This document shows positions 60,741-64,000 of a stretch of DNA of 64,000 nt, piece by piece. A program made the translations under genes and the position numbers. The notes under the pieces were generated by a model. It did no database searches, was not told where the DNA came from, and was given only the letters and a program-made list of their open reading frames with translations. This DNA is from Methanobrevibacter sp. GTDB lineage: Archaea > Methanobacteriota > Methanobacteria > Methanobacteriales > Methanobacteriaceae. The stretch is taken from positions 10,540-74,539 of the forward strand of contig JAFUIW010000122.1 of assembly GCA_017473945.1 (NCBI GenBank), written 5' to 3'. Each line of letters opens with the position of its first letter. Positions within the stretch are counted from its first letter, which is position 1.

Positions 60741-63340
60741 TTAATTTTAACAGTCTTTTTAACAGTATCTTTCAGGTAGGTAGCCTGATAGGTAACTTTC
60801 TTACCAACCTTCAGCTTTTTCAAGACACTTGAAGTAATGGTTGCCTTTGCAACACCTTTCTTATCTGTTTTTGCCTTGTAGGTTTTACCATTGAACTTGA
60901 AGGTTACTGTTTTCTTGGTTAAGTATTTGCCGTTTATTTTACCCAAAGTAGCTTGCAATACCAGTTTTTTAGCTGATTTTTTTACAGCTACTGACTTCAA
61001 GGTTACCAAATGATTAACAGTTATTGTTTTTGTTACTGATTTACCAAGTGCGGAAATGGTTATCTTGTAGGTTCCTGGAGCCTGTGTTACTTTAAACTTA
61101 GCGATACCATTTTTTGCTGTTAGTGTTTTTGATATTCCACCAGTTATTTGAACTGCACCATTTACAAGTTTTCCATCAGTTCTGGTAACTTTAATTATAT
61201 AATATGAACCTGAAGAATAAACAACCTTAACATTGGATGCAGTAATAACTGTAGCTACTGCAGGAGCCGCTTTAACTAAAGTTCCATCTCTTGCAAATGA
61301 TAAATATTTGTCATCTCCAGAGTATGTTATTGTGAACGGATAACTACCATAACTTAAATCAGGCATTTTAACAGTAATATTACCATTCTCAACAGCAAAA
61401 TCATATGAGTTACCATTGACATTTAGTGTAACAGTACCGGTTGCATCATTAGGCAAATTAATTGGAACTAAACTGCCACATGGAATTTTACCGAAAGTAG
61501 ATGGGAAATTAATAGCTATTTTAGGATTTTCTGTCTTATTATCAGTATTGGTTTTAATTACATTAAAAGTACCATTGGCTGAGAATGGGGAGTACTGTGC
61601 ATCTCCTGAGTAAGATATTACATATGGATAATCGCCATCATCTAAGTCAGGCAATCTAATTTTAGCAACACCGTTTACCATTTCTGATTTATAATCAGCG
61701 CCATTAATTGTTAGTGTAACGGTACCAGTAGCATCGCTAGGCAAATTAACCACAGCAGTTGGGTCGTCCAACAACCCATCAGAAGAAGGAATGATAAGTA
61801 CGGAACTGTTTGTAACATAAGTATAATTTGCTTTTTCATAAACTATCAGTTTGAATGAAGATCTTGAAGATTCATATTTTGAAGTTCCATCATAAACGAC
61901 AGAAATTGTATGAACTCCAGATTTTGATGGAGTGTAAGTCAATTCTGCAATACTCTCCTTAACATCTGCCTGACCTATTTTGGCATTATCATCAAAGAAA
62001 GTGACCGCACCTTCGTTAATTGTTTTGACACTGCTCACTGCTACAATTAAAGTTACTTTCTGACCTACAGTTGCATTTAAATCATGACCTCCCACACTAG
62101 TTGGGGCTTTGTTGACATGGATTTTTGCGGTTTTTGTTGCAGCATCATGATTTGCATCCTTAACTGTTGAAACAGTCAAAGTATGATTACCCATATCCAA
62201 GTTATTAGGAATCATTATTGTATTTCCAACCACACTAATATCTTTTCCATCAATATTGGCAGTGAACTTGACAGTTCCATCACTGTTTAATACAATATTC
62301 AAAGAACTTCCATATGTTAAATTGACATCCTTGACATTGCTTAAATAATCCGCTTTGTTGATATTTATGGTAGCTGTTTTGGTTACAGGATTGTGATTGG
62401 AATCCGGAACTGTTGTAACGGATAAAGTATGAGTGCCCACATTCAAGCCATAAGGAATCATTATTGTATTGTCTATTACCTCAACCTCTTTTCCATCGAT
62501 TTTTGCTGTGAATTCAGTAACGCCTTCGGTTGATACTGTGATATTGGAAGACATTCCATATTCAAAGTTAAAACTATCCTTAATGCCAATTAAAGAATCG
62601 ACTTTATTTACAGTTATTGTAGCTGTTTTAGTAGTAGCTACATGATTATCATCTGGAACTGTTGTAACAGATAAAGTATAATTTCCCACATTCAAAAGAG
62701 GAATTGAAATCACATTTCCACTAACATTAACTTCCTTGCCGTCAATTTCAGCAATGATTTTGGTTGCTCCGCTTGTATTAATTTTTATTGTAGAAGAATT
62801 ACCATAATTTAAAGTAATATCCTTAAGTTCCCTTAAAGATTCAGCCTTGGTAACTGTTATTGTTGCTGTTTTTGTAATCGGATTGTGATCATTATCAGGA
62901 ATGGTTGTGACTGATAATTTATGAGTACCGAGATTCAACTGAGGAATTGTAATTGTAAATCCATCAACATCAATAGGATTATCATCAATTTTAGCAGTAA
63001 TCCCTGTTGCTCCATTAGCTTGAACAGTAATACTTCCGATACTGCCATACTCCATATCAAAATCTCCAACGTTACTCAAAGATGAATCCTCCTTACTTAC
63101 AGACATATCATCATCATTTGAATTTAATGCATCATTCTCATCAGAAGACATAGCAACTGAATCCTCTGAGTTTATTTCATCATCTGATGCAGATAACGTA
63201 TCTGTATCTGATAAATTTAATTCTTGATTAATTTCATCACTTGCAACTACCGTTTGATTCACATCACCAGCACAAACGCTTGCAATGGTGAATAAACAGA
63301 TAATAAAGCAAATGAATATGAATAATTTTTTACATCCCAT
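60734..63340 (-). CDS. adhesin-like surface protein with tandem Ig-like repeats and Lys-rich C-terminal module
   Basis: 868 aa. Signal peptide MGCKKLFIFICFIICLFTIASVCA. Acidic S/D-rich linker. Four repeats of about 85 aa ending TKTATITVxKA. Two repeats with the ..LP.DATGTVTL..NG core (VVNLPSDATGTVTLTING, INLPNDATGTVTLNVNG). C-terminus VTFKFNGKTYKAKTDKKGVAKA...VKIKK. Confidence 0.85.
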   Translation of the reverse strand: MGCKKLFIFICFIICLFTIASVCAGDVNQTVVASDEINQELNLSDTDTLSASDDEINSEDSVAMSSDENDALNSNDDDMSVSKEDSSLSNVGDFDMEYGSIGSITVQANGATGITAKIDDNPIDVDGFTITIPQLNLGTHKLSVTTIPDNDHNPITKTATITVTKAESLRELKDITLNYGNSSTIKINTSGATKIIAEIDGKEVNVSGNVISIPLLNVGNYTLSVTTVPDDNHVATTKTATITVNKVDSLIGIKDSFNFEYGMSSNITVSTEGVTEFTAKIDGKEVEVIDNTIMIPYGLNVGTHTLSVTTVPDSNHNPVTKTATININKADYLSNVKDVNLTYGSSLNIVLNSDGTVKFTANIDGKDISVVGNTIMIPNNLDMGNHTLTVSTVKDANHDAATKTAKIHVNKAPTSVGGHDLNATVGQKVTLIVAVSSVKTINEGAVTFFDDNAKIGQADVKESIAELTYTPSKSGVHTISVVYDGTSKYESSRSSFKLIVYEKANYTYVTNSSVLIIPSSDGLLDDPTAVVNLPSDATGTVTLTINGADYKSEMVNGVAKIRLPDLDDGDYPYVISYSGDAQYSPFSANGTFNVIKTNTDNKTENPKIAINFPSTFGKIPCGSLVPINLPNDATGTVTLNVNGNSYDFAVENGNITVKMPDLSYGSYPFTITYSGDDKYLSFARDGTLVKAAPAVATVITASNVKVVYSSGSYYIIKVTRTDGKLVNGAVQITGGISKTLTAKNGIAKFKVTQAPGTYKITISALGKSVTKTITVNHLVTLKSVAVKKSAKKLVLQATLGKINGKYLTKKTVTFKFNGKTYKAKTDKKGVAKATITSSVLKKLKVGKKVTYQATYLKDTVKKTVKIKK
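62095..63055 (-). repeat. four in-frame tandem repeats of about 85 codons inside the ALP gene
   Basis: Repeated blocks: ..HKLSVTTIPDNDHNPITKTATITVTKA / ..YTLSVTTVPDDNHVATTKTATITVNKV / ..HTLSVTTVPDSNHNPVTKTATININKA / ..HTLTVSTVKDANHDAATKTAKIHVNKA. Confidence 0.7.
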
Positions 63341-63607
63341 ATTTTTACTCCAAAATTTTTATAATCATTTATACTTCTGTTAAAAATCTTATTTAATAGT
63401 TATGAACGAAATATGAAGAAATAATTAAAAATGCAAAAAGTTCATCAAACAGCAAACATGATGTAAAATATATTTTTCATTAACTCCAATATTATTTAAA
63501 AATATGGCAAATAAACTAGACACATGTCAAATCAATATGACAAAAAATGAATAGTTTTTTGTTGTTTTATGAACAAAAACGGCGAATAAAGTTGCAAATA
63601 TCCAACA

Positions 63608-63661
63608 TAACAGAACGTTCGTTCAGAATATCAATTTTTCTACTTAACAGAACATTTGTTC
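63608..63661. promoter_or_regulatory. two copies of TAACAGAAC-R-TT-Y-GTTC upstream of the TetR gene (candidate operators)
   Basis: taacagaacgttcgttc at 63608-63624 and taacagaacatttgttc at 63645-63661. The second contains the perfect palindrome AGAACA-TT-TGTTCT. A TATA-like TTTAAATA follows at about 63671. Confidence 0.45.
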
Positions 63662-63704
63662 TCTACATTATTTAAATAACAATAAAATATAATATCAATA
63701 GTAT

Positions 63705-64000
63705 ATGAACACTAAACAATTAATTTTAGAAAAAACTTTAAAATTAATGATAAAAAAGCAAAACTACCTCGTTTCAATTAGACAAATCAGTGATGCGACT
63801 GGAATTGCTACCGGCGGAATATACCATCATTTTTCAAACAAAGAAGAGATATATAATGAAATTACTGAAAGATACTTTATAAACTATGTCTCATTTGATA
63901 TGGACAAACTCAGGCAGATAAAGGGAAATACAAAAGAAAAAATCCATGATGTCATGACTGAAATTATTAAACAAAAGCAAACCGGAATCGAAATTGAAAC
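63705..64000 (+). CDS. TetR/AcrR-family transcriptional regulator (3' end beyond window)
   Basis: Own translation: MNTKQLILEKTLKLMIKKQNYLVSIRQISDATGIATGGIYHHFSNKEEIYNEI... This is a typical TetR N-terminal HTH. It is not in the ORF track because there is no stop in the window. Confidence 0.8.
   Translation, partial: MNTKQLILEKTLKLMIKKQNYLVSIRQISDATGIATGGIYHHFSNKEEIYNEITERYFINYVSFDMDKLRQIKGNTKEKIHDVMTEIIKQKQTGIEIE

Noticed and set aside
63348-63357. 10-nt identity (CTCCAAAATT) between the candidate sRNA core and the antisense of the SD region of ALP 60734..63340, suggesting sRNA-mRNA pairing.
   Set aside because: A single 10-mer match that includes an SD complement is expected by chance in 128 kb of AT-rich sequence. 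It is not evidence without a proper energy-based target prediction.

Overview
AT-rich (about 30-35% GC by eye) chromosomal segment of a Methanobacteriales methanogen, most like Methanobrevibacter. The assignment rests on a complete 20-gene energy-converting hydrogenase A (eha) operon, an Ftr paralog, archaeal GatD/GatE, a VOR-type 2-oxoacid:ferredoxin oxidoreductase and nine adhesin-like protein (ALP) genes that fill about one third of the window. Gene order: an iron-chelate/cobalamin-type ABC importer with an FmdE-like gene (1-3321); DUF3795; five ALPs (4.2-17.3 kb); a bacterial-type LytTR/DUF3021/2TM operon (17.3-18.7 kb); a polyprenol-kinase-like plus tocopherol-cyclase-like pair; an ALP; an MFS exporter; an orphan IS630-like HTH; EamA-upp-uraA, with uraA frameshifted in a (TG)5 tract; two tandem ALPs with C-terminal cysteine-peptidase domains; CBS, polyferredoxin and ehaT-to-ehaA (31.7-45.8 kb, minus strand); an epimerase; a CPBP protease; an XRE-cupin regulator, acyl-CoA synthetase and vorCBA; gatDE; a feoB island; an ALP; and a partial TetR gene. 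No rRNA, tRNA, CRISPR array or intact mobile element was seen. The most interesting signal is non-coding. A roughly 280-bp module occurs twice (56630-56905 and 60384-60667), bracketing the feoB island. Each copy has a TTTAGG-N4-CCTAAA palindrome, a TATA box, a second palindrome, and then an ATG-free conserved stretch of about 190 nt ending in a 9-bp hairpin plus T-tract. The palindromes resemble DtxR/IdeR iron boxes. I read the module as iron-repressed promoters that drive two paralogous candidate small RNAs, with copy 2 sharing its promoter region divergently with feoB. Other leads: three ALP genes whose Shine-Dalgarno motif is followed by a near-cognate codon (ATT/ATA/ACG) instead of ATG; the uraA dinucleotide-repeat frameshift; the LytTR regulatory module in an archaeon; and the isoprenoid cyclase-like/kinase-like gene pair. 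All family assignments come from motif recognition by eye, with no database searches.
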